Assembly: GCA_963924565.1 (NCBI GenBank)
Contig: OZ004608.1
Location: 7,564,001-7,628,000, forward strand
Origin: Ascidiella aspersa
Taxonomy: Eukaryota
Direction of reading: 5' to 3'
DNA: 64,000 nucleotides
Shown here: positions 26,201 through 39,682 of the stretch, piece after piece
Numbering within the stretch: the first letter of the stretch is position 1
Layout: each line of letters opens with the position of its first letter
The notes under the pieces: generated by a model
Database searches by the model: none
Seen by the model: only the letters and a program-made list of their open reading frames with translations
Told to the model about the DNA's origin: nothing
Program-made: the position numbers and the translations under genes

Positions 26201-27381
26201 AGGTTGCAACCATGAGTCGGCGGGTGGCCAAATGATCATAGGCCTAGCGCCCTGTTTCTTCTCAAAGGTAAAACACAAAAGCCACACAGTTCTCATGCAC
26301 GGAAAGGTTAGTAAACCCATTTTATTTTCGTTCTACAGAATAGATAAACACATCTCGTTATTTACCATTGCAGGAATTTAAAAAAATCGACGCTGCAAAA
26401 TGTTTGTTATATCGAATGATTCCTTACGAAAAGATAATAGAATTAAAGTAGACATGCAAAAATTCTTAAAGAAATAATTTCTAGCCTATATTGTGTATAT
26501 ATGATAGGAATATCAAGGACCATATAAAAGTATGTAACATTTGGAAATGCTTTATACCACGTTATATATGGCTTTGATGTTCGCACTATGTTCAAACAAA
26601 ACCTCTTGCCATTATACCAGAAATTTGATTATATTATTGTTCAATATTTGCCAAGGTTCAAAATAGTTCTCAAAATAAATGTTTTTTTAATTTACTGCAT
26701 TGCAAACAAACTATGTATATTACGCTATATATTCTGGATGGCGTACCTGTGTACAGTTTAATTTTACACTCGGACTTCAGAAAACACAAATACAAGTTCA
26801 ACGTTACAGCCGCCTAAAAGCTCGCCACCCTTTTGTAGCACTTTCTTAATATTGTAAACTTAGACAACGTAGGCTACCGCAGGAGGGCGTAACAGTGTCA
26901 AACTCACACTGATACTTTAAACGCCGGGCGTTGGCAACATGAGGATCACGGAATGACGTTTAGAAATCGCAAGAAACCTATATTGGGGTGTATAATTTGG
27001 TGAATCACGTCATGCATTCCGTTTCGGGTATTAGTTTTAACGCAACGGATGTACGTCATAACAGGTGACGAAGTAACAATCACATGTTGTTTTGCACTTT
27101 TACAAAATACCTTAGTTTCAAATAATGCATTCCTCGTATCCTCAAGGGTAAAAACGCAACTTTGGTTAACAGCGATTATTATGCTTAATGAGGAATACCT
27201 CATCAGAACGCTTTCGATTTGTGAATAAACCACTTAAATAATCATTTGATTTAAATCGGCCTCTGTTTCCAAAAGGATACAAACTTTTCGAAAGCGATCA
27301 TATTTAGATTTAATTTCGCTTCGCGCTGTACAGTTTATTTAGGTTTGTCAAATCTGTTCGAACAAGACAGGAAGTGTAGAT

Positions 27382-30300
27382 TCACATTAAACAAGGTGAT
27401 ACTTCAGAACGACTCACATCGATGAATGGCGTCTTCTCTTGCTTGTGTATTTCCAAGCACGTTTCGGCGATTGCTGTAAGTGATACGCAGTAGATCGTCA
27501 TGGCTTTGATTGGCACTCCCCACTTCCGCACTGAAAACAAATTAAAAGCTTATAGTTTCTTGATATTCTTGTTTGTGTGGTCGGTGTGTTGAATACACGC
27601 CTTCGTGATATACAGTACAAACATGCGGAAACGTCAAGGAGGAGCAAAAGGGACAGGAAAACTTCCCGGGAGTTAACGCGAAGCAAAGTTTCTCTTTAAA
27701 AGGTCGTGGGAAAAGATGAGGCATAAGAATTGACAAACCCCCTCCCACACACATATCACCACTGTTTTTTGTCATGACACATGTGATAGTGAAGTAAGCA
27801 AATTTTCCAGCCTGAGGACACTGAGATGGTTGGAAAATCGACACACGTGAGTTTATTCTGGTATGATGTCCAGGTCCTAACGTGTTTGAATAAGAAAAAC
27901 ACTACGCGATATTTAATGCGAACAGTTGGTCTGTTACACCAATATATTCGTTGACTTGGTTTAAATGTAGGTTTTGCAAAGATTGTCCGCTGTAATCCTC
28001 CCTAAAGTGTGACCGACGCGAAGGGTGCCACGTGGTCGCTTTGATTGGATCAGAGTTTGTGAAACGATGTTATGCCATCGTATGGGCTGATTTCTACGGG
28101 ATACTTTACTAATGGTGAACAGACTCGATGAGTAATGCAAACTTAGTAAATTTACTCTTTCCAGAGTCTATGCGAAGTGGTGTAAGGGTGGCTTCGTTTA
28201 GGTCTCAACTACCAGCCTGGGACTTGGACTGCTGTCAATCCTCGCCTTAAAGAACAGGTGTATAGTAAAAACTTCATGCTTTCTAATAAACAACTTGATG
28301 CCAAATAAATAACAAGCCAACGACGAACAATCATTATGTTATCTTCCGTAGGAATACATAACAAATTTATACAGTAGCGAAATAATTACTTTAAGAAGTG
28401 GACTAATTACTAATTATACTCATTGTAGCTTTTATAATTCTTTGCTTTAATTTTTTTAAACACACGGTAACTGCAGAATAGTCTAAAGCTAGTAATTCAC
28501 GTAAAATATATTAAAAGCTTCACATATATTTTTCCTGCAAATGCATCGTCTGTATATATTATCAAATAGAATGATGGTAACTAAAAACGGCAACTGTATT
28601 TTTTTTCCAACTATAACACGAATAAATTATTATTGCAACATGTTTGAAACGGTATTTACCTTGCAATACGAAATTAAAAAACACATTTTTAAGATTGACA
28701 CATACACACACACACTTGGCTTAATTAATTCCGTTCGTATCCCTTCTGTCGTACACAACAAAAGTTGAACGAGAGAAGAAAAACAAACTAAAGGATACAA
28801 CTCACCCGCAACTGTAACAGTGCATCTTTACTTTGCGCAAAACGCTGCCGCGTTACGTGCAAGCCAAAACAGCAAAAGTGGCAACCGCAGATAAACTGAT
28901 TACAAGCTGTGAGAACGCTAATTGGTCTCACTTCGCCAACGTTTCGATTGCGTCATATGCTGTTCTTTAGCGACCCCTTGTGGCGTGTGGCTTAATTTTT
29001 GTAGTTTAAAGTTACTCTTGTAAATGAATATCAAGGTTAAAAAATCGAGTTTATCGGCATCAGTTTAAATCAGAAATTTCAGTTTGGCCTCTACCAGCAT
29101 TTCTGGGACTGAAATATTTTAAACCTCACTTTAATCATGATGGAGCGCAGTTCTTATCATTCGGAGTTTGCAATCGCTTGGAGCGCCTTAATTCAAATAT
29201 TATTACTGCAGGGGCTCAACTAATGATAACACAAGTACGTATCGAAACGCCTTTTTTAAGATGATATCGATTTAATCGAAATCTTTGAACTTTCACAGAT
29301 TTGTGCAAAGGGTAAAAATATTAATCTCCCCTGTGTCACGTTTCCACACTTAAATATAGTAGTTTTACAGGACGTTTTGTGCTTGAAAAACCCATGCTAA
29401 CAGTTTGATCTGTTAGCTGATATGTAGCGACTTGAACCCTAATTCCGAAATAATAAAATAAGTAAACCAGGCAAACCATTAATTAATATTTAGATTATTT
29501 ATATTTTGCACAAAATCGCCTAAAGTTAATATTGGTAAAAGAGGTAATTTAACAAGAACGATCTATGACGAAATCTAATTTATTTAAATCATTTTATTAG
29601 ACAGTGAAAAGCAATGCTAATTACAAGTTATACGGTTGGCAGTGAAATAAACACATAATGCATGTTTATACATAAAAGCACCCGATGTCGCAAAAGCATA
29701 AAACTCGCACTGTACAATCAGTGAGATTGGCCTTAAATTGGACAATGTCATCGCAGCATTAAATCTGTTCATTAAAACCGCTTTGGCTTAAAGAGAGTTG
29801 GTTTGACCACATAAGGGCATTACGGCAAGTCAAAAATAAAATACCAGATGAAGCGAACTCTGCAAGATTATTCCGGTTAAATCCGGACGAAACTGCAATA
29901 TTTGACTCTGTCCGGATAGAACTAGTCATGACTGGTGAGCCCTGCACTCTTCAAGGCAGTTTCTCAGTGGCAGTTGAATTTAACTGCAGTAGACGGGCAG
30001 TTTCTGATTGGTCAAAGCGTAGGCGTCGCTTGGGCGTTTATTGGGCGTTGTCAATTACACTCTGTACAATGTGAAAGGGTCAACAAGAATCGTTATATTT
30101 CCGCTGGGCTGCGTTTGTCTTTAGTTTCCCGGTTTGCGGCAATATTAAGGTCACGTTGACTTTTCTTTTCGTTGTCGCTTTCTTTGAGGTGGACGTATTC
30201 AGTCAAGGCTGCCAAAAACAAAATAAGCAATACAGCAAATTAGTATACGTGATAAAGGTAAACGTTCCGAAGTACAATCCACGTGTTGTTGACAATAGGC

Positions 30301-33300
30301 AACAAATCGATTTATCGTGTAGTTGTAGACCCAGTAAATTATTAGGATTAACAGTATTATGGCCAAGTTGAAGAATTCACTTTGTCAAATTTTCGCTTTT
30401 ATTATGCCTTTCTGTTTAATCACCACAATAAAACAGCGCATGCGTTACCCAAATTATTATCAAATGGTCGCAAATTCTGTAAACAGATCATTAGCGCCTA
30501 TTTATCTGACATTTTATAGAAGATGCTGGAGTGATAAAAAGGAACAAGGTAGTTTAATAAATTCGTCTAAAAAGCAAACTCCGATGAGCAGTCAACAAAA
30601 CGCAGCTTAAGAAGACATAAAAAACAGTTTACGGCATTTCTAGTAATTTCTATACCGTTTAGAAAGTTTAGCTAAAATTTAAATATAGGCTGGGTTACCG
30701 AATACCGCAACCGCTTAACTTTATCTCCATCTTTAACCGTATATACATACGAGTACTAATTCCGCTCAATTAAAAACAAGTACGATTAACCGAAGTTTAT
30801 CGAAATACAACAACCGTGTGTGCAATACAGCCAGGCTTGCTTTGCTGTTCGTCGACTCGAATTTGGCCCGGGTGGCCTTTGGTCTAGGGCTGTCCCGTAT
30901 CCGGGCTGCAAAATCCAGGGAGTCCAGGGCAGCAGTTCGAGGGTCCGGGGTTCTAGTCCCGGCAGAGGCAAGGCGCGGTGCTTGTGAGCTAAGCACCTGT
31001 ACAAGGCAGTCGGAACTTGAGTAACGTTGTCTGAAGATCACGCATAAGAACGCATTCCGCATTTACACCAATGCTAGTTTAGATCTTCGGTCATAAAGAA
31101 ACAAAAACTCCAGTATTTGTAAATGAAATTTTGCGATTTCTATTGAAGTTCTGAGGGTTCAATGTGGACATTATACAATTCAAATTTTGTTGGTTATAAG
31201 TAAACGTATACATAAAACTATACTATCATTATATGTTTGCTACCCAATTTGGACTTATGTGTAATGCTGTCAATCTAAAAATCTCTCTAGCTTTAATGTA
31301 TTTGATTAGTAATGTTAACACGTGCTTTTAATAGCGAAGGTAATTTTACATTGTTCTTAAATATATTTAAAACATATCCGAAATGCAATAACATAATGTA
31401 GTGGTTTATTAAAGTTATTGCATTATAGTCCCTACTCCTATTATAATCGAAGCGTTTGTTGGTCAATCAGACATATTCTGTGTGCGGATCTATATAGTGT
31501 CTGTTGTTATGTTGAGGTACCAGTTTGCAGATATACTTTTTTAGTTTTTCAGGAGTGCATCACATTTTAAATGATATCGACGTTTACTCACGCTTATCCC
31601 ACGAGGCCAACGACAGATTCCTCTTAGCCAACATAAGGGTTAAGTGTCCACTCACCGTATGTTACAATAGCGACAGCGAGCATCCCTGATTGAGCGTAGA
31701 TCTTGTCGTGAACGCAAAGCGCCGTGCTCCAGGCATAGGTGATAAGGTAGCCGATGGTTGTGTTCACGGCCCACCAGGTGTAGGCCAACTTTGTGTCGCA
31801 CGGAAAAATTACGGCCACCGCGACTTAAAAGATGAAAGAAACTTGGCGCTCGAAATCGTCAACCTTTACTATTTGTAAATTAATGACTGGTTAAAACTAA
31901 TGTTGTTTAAGTTCATAGATGTGTGTTATATATGAATTACCTTATGCTTTACTGAGGGCAAGACCACCATCGACCTGGCGGTCTGGCAATTATGACTTAA
32001 AGCACTTTATACATTACGGTCGTAACTGGGAACATTTATTTGAGGGCTAAGGCAAACTGTTGAAAGATTTCACCGATTTCGTAAATAGCAACGATAACAT
32101 TGATTATTTTACTTTCTTTTTCTTGAAGTTCCCTTGCAATTAATTAATATGCCTTTCTAACCCCGGATTATTCTAATTTATTGTGTAACAGGTAATGTGT
32201 TATCTACAGTAATACGCAATTTAAGTAAAATTTTGTAGGTTAAATGCTGATGGCATATTTGCCAGGTTTCTGTTGAGTGCCAAAAACAATTAATGGCAAT
32301 CAACCATTTTTAATGAGAATTTTTGATTTTCCATCAGTTACGGTTACACTTCTTATAACAATATATAAAGGACATGTCTTATTTCTGTTTTGCTTCTTAA
32401 GTTGTTTGGGCCACTTACTGATGCTCATGGTTTGATAGATGCCGTCAACGACGCCACAGAAGCTAATGAGGCCATAGACGATTCCGACGCTGGAGAATTC
32501 GTCCGGTCTCCAAAACAGACAGAAGAAATATATTCCGTAGTTGATGAGGAAAGCCAAGGCAGTAGGGTATCCTCTGCGAAAAATATAAGACATTGTATCT
32601 GTTAGATCACCTTTTTTGATAATTGTGAAGAATAGGTATGTATGCTTACGACAAACCTTCGACAAAAATGTCTGGGAACTTACTTTTAAGTAATATGGGT
32701 TATCGCGATATTGTTTTCTGTATTGTTAAAACTAAGATTGAAGTTAGGCAAGGGTATAGTTTATTTGGGTCAAATTATTTGAGTAAAATATATAAAGTGA
32801 AAGCCGTTAAAATGGTCAAAGAAAGTTTCCATGGAAGGTACTCGTCCGATAATAAACCGCCGGACGTTACAAGTTCGAAAAACAAACATAAGCCCCAGCA
32901 CAACCCAAGTCCCATTGGTGCAGATTCGAAACAAAATCGGTTAAAGCCGAACACAAACACCTCACCAAAAACGCAAGAGAACAACTGCTGTAGTAGAATG
33001 GGCCGACTTGAAAGCGCTTGTCAGCCTTCACCTGGTAATTTGACTCAAATTAAAAAAGCAGAATAAGCGTTAGGTCTAGGCACCACATTTTCCAGTTTAC
33101 GCGGCAAGCCAAGTTGGTACACCCTTAAAACGACCGATGTTTTGAGATAGCCGTGTAAACTGGTTGTGGGCCGCAGCAAAGAGTTGTTTCGATACAGTAA
33201 TCTTTTCAGTTTATTGGATTCTTACCTTCCACACAGTGACACAACTCTTCCACTTACGAACGAACTAATCAGGGCCAGAGTTCCGTATATCGCCATACAT

Positions 33301-36300
33301 ATGCCCACCTGAAAGCAATATAATACATCCCTGTTTTCGGAGGTAGGATTTTCACTTAATAAATACCAAGCGTTCGTTTGAATTTGAATAAATGTATAAA
33401 TACAGTTTAAAGTTAAACAAGTTTTCAGCGAACTATAAATAAACATTAAATGCAAAAACGATACAGAATTGATACTATATTTGCTATTCAAAATTGCTAA
33501 TACTTAATTTAGATTGGCTACTATTAAAGCACAAGGCCTTAAGAATATTACACATGATGGCCTTGAAAAGGCTTACCGAAATCAGTCGGCCTCCGAAAAA
33601 TGGATTCCTTTACCCCACCCTTTCCGTCAACTCAAAAATATATAGGCATGTACTTAGCTTTAAAACACACCTCGGCAACTCCAAACACGCAAGAAACGTA
33701 AGCTCGTGTAATCTCGCTGGTGCTGAATGCTACGTTTAGTCCCATCATCACTTGCGACCAGAACAGCAAAAGCTGTTTCGGTATAAAGAAGAACTTCCAC
33801 GTCTTAATAAGCTCGGTGGTGACCTCTTTTAAAATGCTGACGCTTGGACTTACTGACTTTGACGCCGGCATCTAAAACGATAAACGATTCAACAAATTAT
33901 AAAAATTTGCTGCATTCGCAACTTTCTATGTTGTTTTGTTAATACTAAAAACATTTAATGGTGAAAATAACGGCCCAAATAGACATAAAAAGCGACATGC
34001 TTTATTATTCAAACGTTTCGGCAAATGCTCATGCCTTCTGCGCACCTTTTTATCTATCATTTTTGCGACGCGTGTTTCGCACCTTTTTATCATTCCTTTG
34101 TGCGACTAAAGCTTATATAAACAGGTGTAACTGATGTGGCCTTCATATCATTGATGATGGCATGAGCATTTGCCGAAACGTTTGAATAATGAAGCATGTC
34201 GCTTTTTATGTCTATTTGGGCCGTTATTTTCATCATTAAACTTATGAACAGATCCGTATATAGTGTTCTAAAAACATTTGTTTGTCGTTTTAATATGCTG
34301 TACTATTGTAAATTTGACTAAACCTTCGCCAAATATATTTTAAATATTAATCATTACGCATTGTAAAAAATAAAATGGCGCCCAAAACCGCACGATAAAG
34401 TACCCTATGGTTGCTACAAGGTTTAAGAATCTTCTGTGCGCAAAGCGAAGATGTATGCATATACCGTTGGACTGTAATGATTAAGTTACTCACATTTGGT
34501 TTATGTTTTCCACTGTTGTTGTTATTGTTCTGGTCAGCGATGTTTCCATTGTGATCGAGCGCCATTTCGATGCTGCTGATTGCAGTTTGTCTGTCATTGA
34601 GGATTTCAGACTTTTTGCTTTGTGGTCTCTTAGACAACTCGTCAATAACAAACGAAGGATTGCTCTGCGGGATCTTATTACGAACTGGTGTTCCTTGATC
34701 TGAAAGTAATTGAGAATTTTGGACGGATGTCCAGTCAAAGAACTTTTCATTTTTTGTTCCTCATATTACAAAATAATACAAAAGCTCTATAATTAAGAAC
34801 TGTATATGGGCCACTAAAGAACTTGGCAAAAAGGTTACCAAGTGAGTTCATGTAATATTTAAGATTCCCAAAACAATTATACGGTCGATAACGACTTTGA
34901 AAACACCTAAACATATACCTTCGTCAATTGATGGGACAAACCGCCAATGCAGCACCAGCGCAGCCAAAGTCATCCCGGCGAAAATTCCAATGACAAGGTT
35001 CAAGGACTCTTCGTTTGCTGGTTTGTAATTGGAAGAATTTGCTGTTATCGATGCGTCTTGACAATCGTTGGCTGCGCAGTGTTGAAAGTCGACGAAATCT
35101 ATATCCCTATATAGATTTGGAAAGAAAGCGACAGATTTAGTTAGCAAAAATCTATAGATAGGTAAAAACAGAAACGAAAATAACTGATATTTCGTGTAAA
35201 ATGTGCGGAAGCCCGATTAGATACTAAATGACGCCATGAGTGTGGTATAATTAACCGAATTAATAAAATTTAAACGCATTTCCTTAAGTGTTTATCTTCT
35301 GTTTTCATGCTATTCTATTTTAACTGAAAACTCTACGTTGGATTAAAAATGAAAGTTGAACAACTTTTTCGTATTGCATCGACGCCAATACTAACTAACG
35401 AGTGCATATACTATTGCTTGGTATCGGATATCCAATGTGTTATTATTTAACAAGCCTAATCGTAAACACTTTTGAGTGTTTAGTAAGACACAGATTATTT
35501 TAGTAAAAAACAGGATTATCTTTAAATAACCTGGTCCCAGCTGTAGAAGTGTTCATTGAAATGGTTGTCACTGAATTTGTAATGGGGAGATCGTTGGACA
35601 AAGTAGAAGCAGCAAGCTCGAAAGAGATAAATGGAATTAGGTTTCCAAATAGCTGAAAGAAAACGGATATTTAGTTGAATACAAGGTACAAATTTTAACG
35701 ATTCATGATCGAAATGTGTATTTTATGTTACTCCCCAATTCCAGAATAGTATTGGCAACAATCTATTACAATTATTAAGAGTAATAGTACTTTCGCTCTC
35801 TTCCATACAACAATCCTTATTGGGTTAAATAATTCCTGCTTTCTAAGGCATCCTAAGCCAGTTGCAGATACCCGGTGTACCATTACTTTAGTTATGTTTC
35901 TAGTGTTGTTCTGAAGCTTGCAAACACGAGCTGGCTCCCCAAACAATACCGTCGCACATATCAAAAGTATACGCTGTTAAGACCCGAAATAGCCATCTGT
36001 AAAATTCTTAAAAGAAATCCACCTGTGTCGCCATAAGAGCCCCAAAGAAATAGGATGACACTTTACTGACGTAGGTCGAATAGTCCCTGGTTCCGCATAA
36101 TTCCAGTCGACGGGCAAAGTGGATGTTGATTCGATTGATGCAGATCCAGAAGAGCGTCTTTCCAAATCCAGCAAGCACCGAAGATGGAATCAAAGTCGAA
36201 TAAGCTAACAAGATTAAGAAATGTAAGGAAATTATAAACGCACAATTTTAACTTGACTTGTTTGCATTTACAATAAAATAAATGGCTATTAACGCTTGGA

Positions 36301-38209
36301 ATCGTCTGCAATAAAGCAATTAAATCTCTAACACTATATATAGTCTATGTTTAAAAAAATCTTATCAATGACCTTTATAAGAACAGCGCGACTCATTAAT
36401 TCGGGTATATAGTAAGTGTGTTGGATTAGAAAAAGAGAAAGGGTAACTGTTATTTCCTGGCCTGCAAAAGAAAAATGTGAAAACCTTGTTTTATGATAAA
36501 ATACCGGTTTTTAAATAAACATAAAACACCGGTTTTAAATAGATAAATATACTATATAAGGGCTACCGTGTTAAAAAAAAACACAAAAGTTTCACTGTGC
36601 AAATTTTAATTAGCAACGGAAACAAACCTGGATAGAAGTTGGCCAAGACATACGTAAGAAGCGTGACGTCACTAAGCATGACGCCATACCTGACATTGAC
36701 ATAGGCGAGGGCGACCGGCGCCAGGAACATGCCGCAGAAGATGGCCGCACCCTCCATCACTGAGAGAGAAGTGGTTCCTAGGCAAAAAGTGAAGTTGACA
36801 AAATTACTTTGGAAATTTTCCGTTTCTGTTTCAAATTGTTCTGAATGAATTAGCAACAGTACTTTAGTATCGCTCTACATCAGCGGTTCCAAAACTGGGG
36901 TCCGCGGACGAAATGGGGTCCGTACAGCAGTTTCATAGGGTCCGCAAGGAGAATTAGTCTTCAGGTTTTTCAACATTGGGCTTTCGCGAATGTTTTTAAA
37001 CATTAGCCTATGATTTAAACAAATCTGATATATTTATTGTCTTTAGGTATGCTTTATTATTCGATCTTGCAGCGTGTTTAATTAGGTCTCTTGTAACTTC
37101 ATAAAGAATATATTATGCTGCTATCGGCAAATCGTTCGCGTTAGTTAGAAAGTTGTTACATTAGAAAGAATCGTGACTCCACTAGTGTACTACAAGAAAC
37201 ATGGGTCAACTGACCCTTCGAAATATGAAAATAATTGCAACGGGTCCATCAGGCAAAAAAAAAATTTAGAAAAGTTTGGGAACTGCTGCTCTACATGATA
37301 AACGTTTATGAAAACGCGAAGCACATATTCATACATAGCATGTAGTTGTCGTTCATTTCAGATATCTATGTACTTTTTCTAGCTTTATTTTGCTAAGTAA
37401 TTGCGAAGAAGGAAATTTTAGTGCACAACTATACAACTATAATTTATCGGTGCTGCGCATTGGAGCAGTTGTGTACCTGAGCAGGAATAGTATACATCTA
37501 TCCAAGTATTCAATGAAACATATGTACACACATATGTGTGTTAACAACTGAGATCTAGCCCTTCTGAAGCTGCTTTTTCACCAACGATTACGGCTTACAT
37601 ATCATTAGCACACTGAAAGCCATTGCAGACTCACCGAATCTGTCGATCAGAGTATTAAGTATTATATAAATAGAAATATGCTAAAAAGTTATCCGCCCCC
37701 TGCCTGTTTATCGAAAAAAGAAATGTGGGTCACTTAAGCATGGCGTAAATTCTGTCGTCTTGTATACACACATTCAAATAGGTATGCATATTTAACATTG
37801 TTAATTTAGCAAATTGAAGACTTATGTTTCTTCACGTCTGAGGGCCAAAAACGGAAAAGGCATTTCGTTCAATTTGCGCGCTTCCCTACCCTAGTAATAT
37901 ATATTTTATATAATATGCATACCTGTTTATATATTTATATATATATGCATGTTTAACATTGTTAATTTATCAAATCAATGACTTATGTGTCCACAATCAG
38001 GGTTAAAAAGGCGGATCGTCTGCATTTAAACGGTTACGTGCAGTGATTTTTTAAACACACTCACCTAGCCCATCTTCAATGTTGAGACTCGACTGGAGGT
38101 TGCGCAGTGCGTAGTGCGCAGAGAAAGTGAGGAAGACGCCAATCGTTGTGAGAACAAACGACTTGCGCGTTTCCCGACGCATCAAAGTCACCCCGCTGTC
38201 GCTTTCCAT
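27382..38209 (-). CDS. UNC93A: UNC93A-like MFS membrane protein, paralog 1 (563 aa, 11 coding exons)
   Basis: Exons 38209-38065, 36777-36628, 36204-36023, 35652-35531, 35106-34919, 34699-34494, 33871-33671, 33308-33226, 32573-32419, 31823-31656, 27473-27382; all GT-AG, phases compatible, 1692 nt. UNC-93 hallmarks NLQSSLNIEDGLG, ANFYP-YSTLIP, LFGNLI, CAANDCQ, EITRAYVSCVFG. The last exon (AIAETCLE...) was assigned by similarity to paralog 2 (GLAEF) plus AATAAA at 27339-27334 and is the least certain. Symbol means family-level similarity, not proven orthology. Confidence 0.88.
30865..30970 (+). mobile_element. tRNA-like SINE head or tRNA pseudogene
   Basis: A-box-like TGGCCTTTGG and B-box-like GGTTCTAGTCCC with an over-long spacer; acceptor stem pairs poorly, so not a functional tRNA. 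Confidence 0.5.
33945..34279. mobile_element. Penelope-like element remnant: inverted repeat with hammerhead-like core
   Basis: 82-bp arms 33954-34035 and 34159-34240 (2 mismatches), 12-bp flanking direct repeat CTAAAAACATTT (33945-33956, 34268-34279), TTGATGA-stem-GAAAC motif at 34151-34179. Confidence 0.65.
36881..37288. mobile_element. hAT-type MITE in a paralog 1 intron
   Basis: TIR CAGCGGTTCCAAAACT / AGTTTGGGAACTGCTG; perfect 8-bp TSD CTCTACAT. Confidence 0.9.
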
Positions 38210-39682
38210 TCCAACTGTTAACTTGCCTTGTTATGTCAAGGCACACTTAAAGATAGGCGCTTTAGCTGGAGAAGATCTCACAACAATTCCAGCAGCAAGA
38301 TTTATGTGAACACCGACCAAACCACAACACCAAGAGATCAACCTCAAAAAGTTAATTTACGTTTCTTCTATGCGTTCAGGTTCAATTTAAGAAATCTAAT
38401 TGATTCCAGTGTTCTTTTCTCAACAACTCTTTTCGGATTCAAACAAATAACATCCATAATAACAATAAAAGCAGCGAGGTTAAAAGGAAAAAAACTAACT
38501 CTCGATAGCACGCGAAAAACCCTTAAAGCTGCTACATAATTAAAGCTACTTTCAGAATTATTTTTTTAATATTTCAAAGTTCTTAAATTGCAAACCCCTT
38601 AAGGCATGAGACAAACATCGTGTGCAGCTTATAAATAAAATTCCACTATATAGAAGCATTCACGCTAAGTTTACAAGACGCTTGTGGCATCAATGCACAT
38701 GGTTGATAAATTACTCGAGGAAAATCTACTTATTAGATGATGTCGGTTGTATAACAAACAAGGTACAACGTATCAAAAGTTATAAATCCATCACTTGTCA
38801 CTTGCCGCTAAAAGCGTGGCACAGAATCAGTCAACAGGATCAAAATGTGCCCAGATGGTTAAAATCTGACGTCGCGCAACTATTTTGCTTAGTCAGCGAC
38901 AACCCTTTTATTTGCCGGCGACGTCAAATATACGGAATTTTATTTGCTGGGCGTGATGTAACATCTTGTTGCACAACAGATTTTTGAGACACAATTTGAC
39001 CTTGTCTAGACGCAAAGCCCAATCAAGGTCAATATTTATAAACACACAAAACGCTTCATTTCGATTGCATTTGCAAATCAAGATAATCAACTATTGATAA
39101 AACAAAATAAAAAATACAAAAACTTTAAACACCCTGTGTAAAATGTAATACATTTCATTTATCGCAGCAGTATAATATGCCGCTTGAAGCGAATGCCGAC
39201 TTGTTTACACACTCTGACCATTCAAACTGCAACAAGCGTTGTAGAAATTCCTGGAACGGCTGAATTCAAATTACCATCGATTATTGCAACACGGCGACAC
39301 CAGTTAAGCGTTTGTTTCGAGCATTTTCCGTTCACTTTAGTATTTGCTGACAATAAATTAACCGAAGTTGAAAACATATATGAGAGTTCATGCGACAAAA
39401 TAACACTTTGCATTTAACAATTCAAATGAAGTTGGCTAACTTTTACGTTGTAATCATTACTGAATTTATCTAAAATATGTATTTGGTGCATTAGTGAAAA
39501 TACAAATTTGCGTTGGCCACTTCTGGACAACAACACAGAACTTTCCAGAAATGCAAATCAGCGAACACAATGCGCAATTCTTTGACGGTCTAAACACCGC
39601 TTATTTTGCACAACAAATTACGTACATTCTTAGCACCCGTTAGAGTGCAAACTTTAAACGTTCACCTCTTTACAACAACATA

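Noticed and set aside
28968-28985. CTCF-like motif (also ~5900-5915)
   Set aside because: Several mismatches and this one lies inside an intron; cannot be supported without ChIP data.
1-30400. Apparent abundance of GGATTA/TAATCC (Otx/Pitx-type) sites
   Set aside because: About 20 sites in 30 kb is roughly what base composition predicts.
30500-31160. Nearer candidates for the last exon of paralog 1 (e.g. EIAKFHLQILEF at ~31139)
   Set aside because: 27473-27382 has a better acceptor, matches the paralog 2 GLAE start and is followed by AATAAA; cDNA is still needed to confirm.
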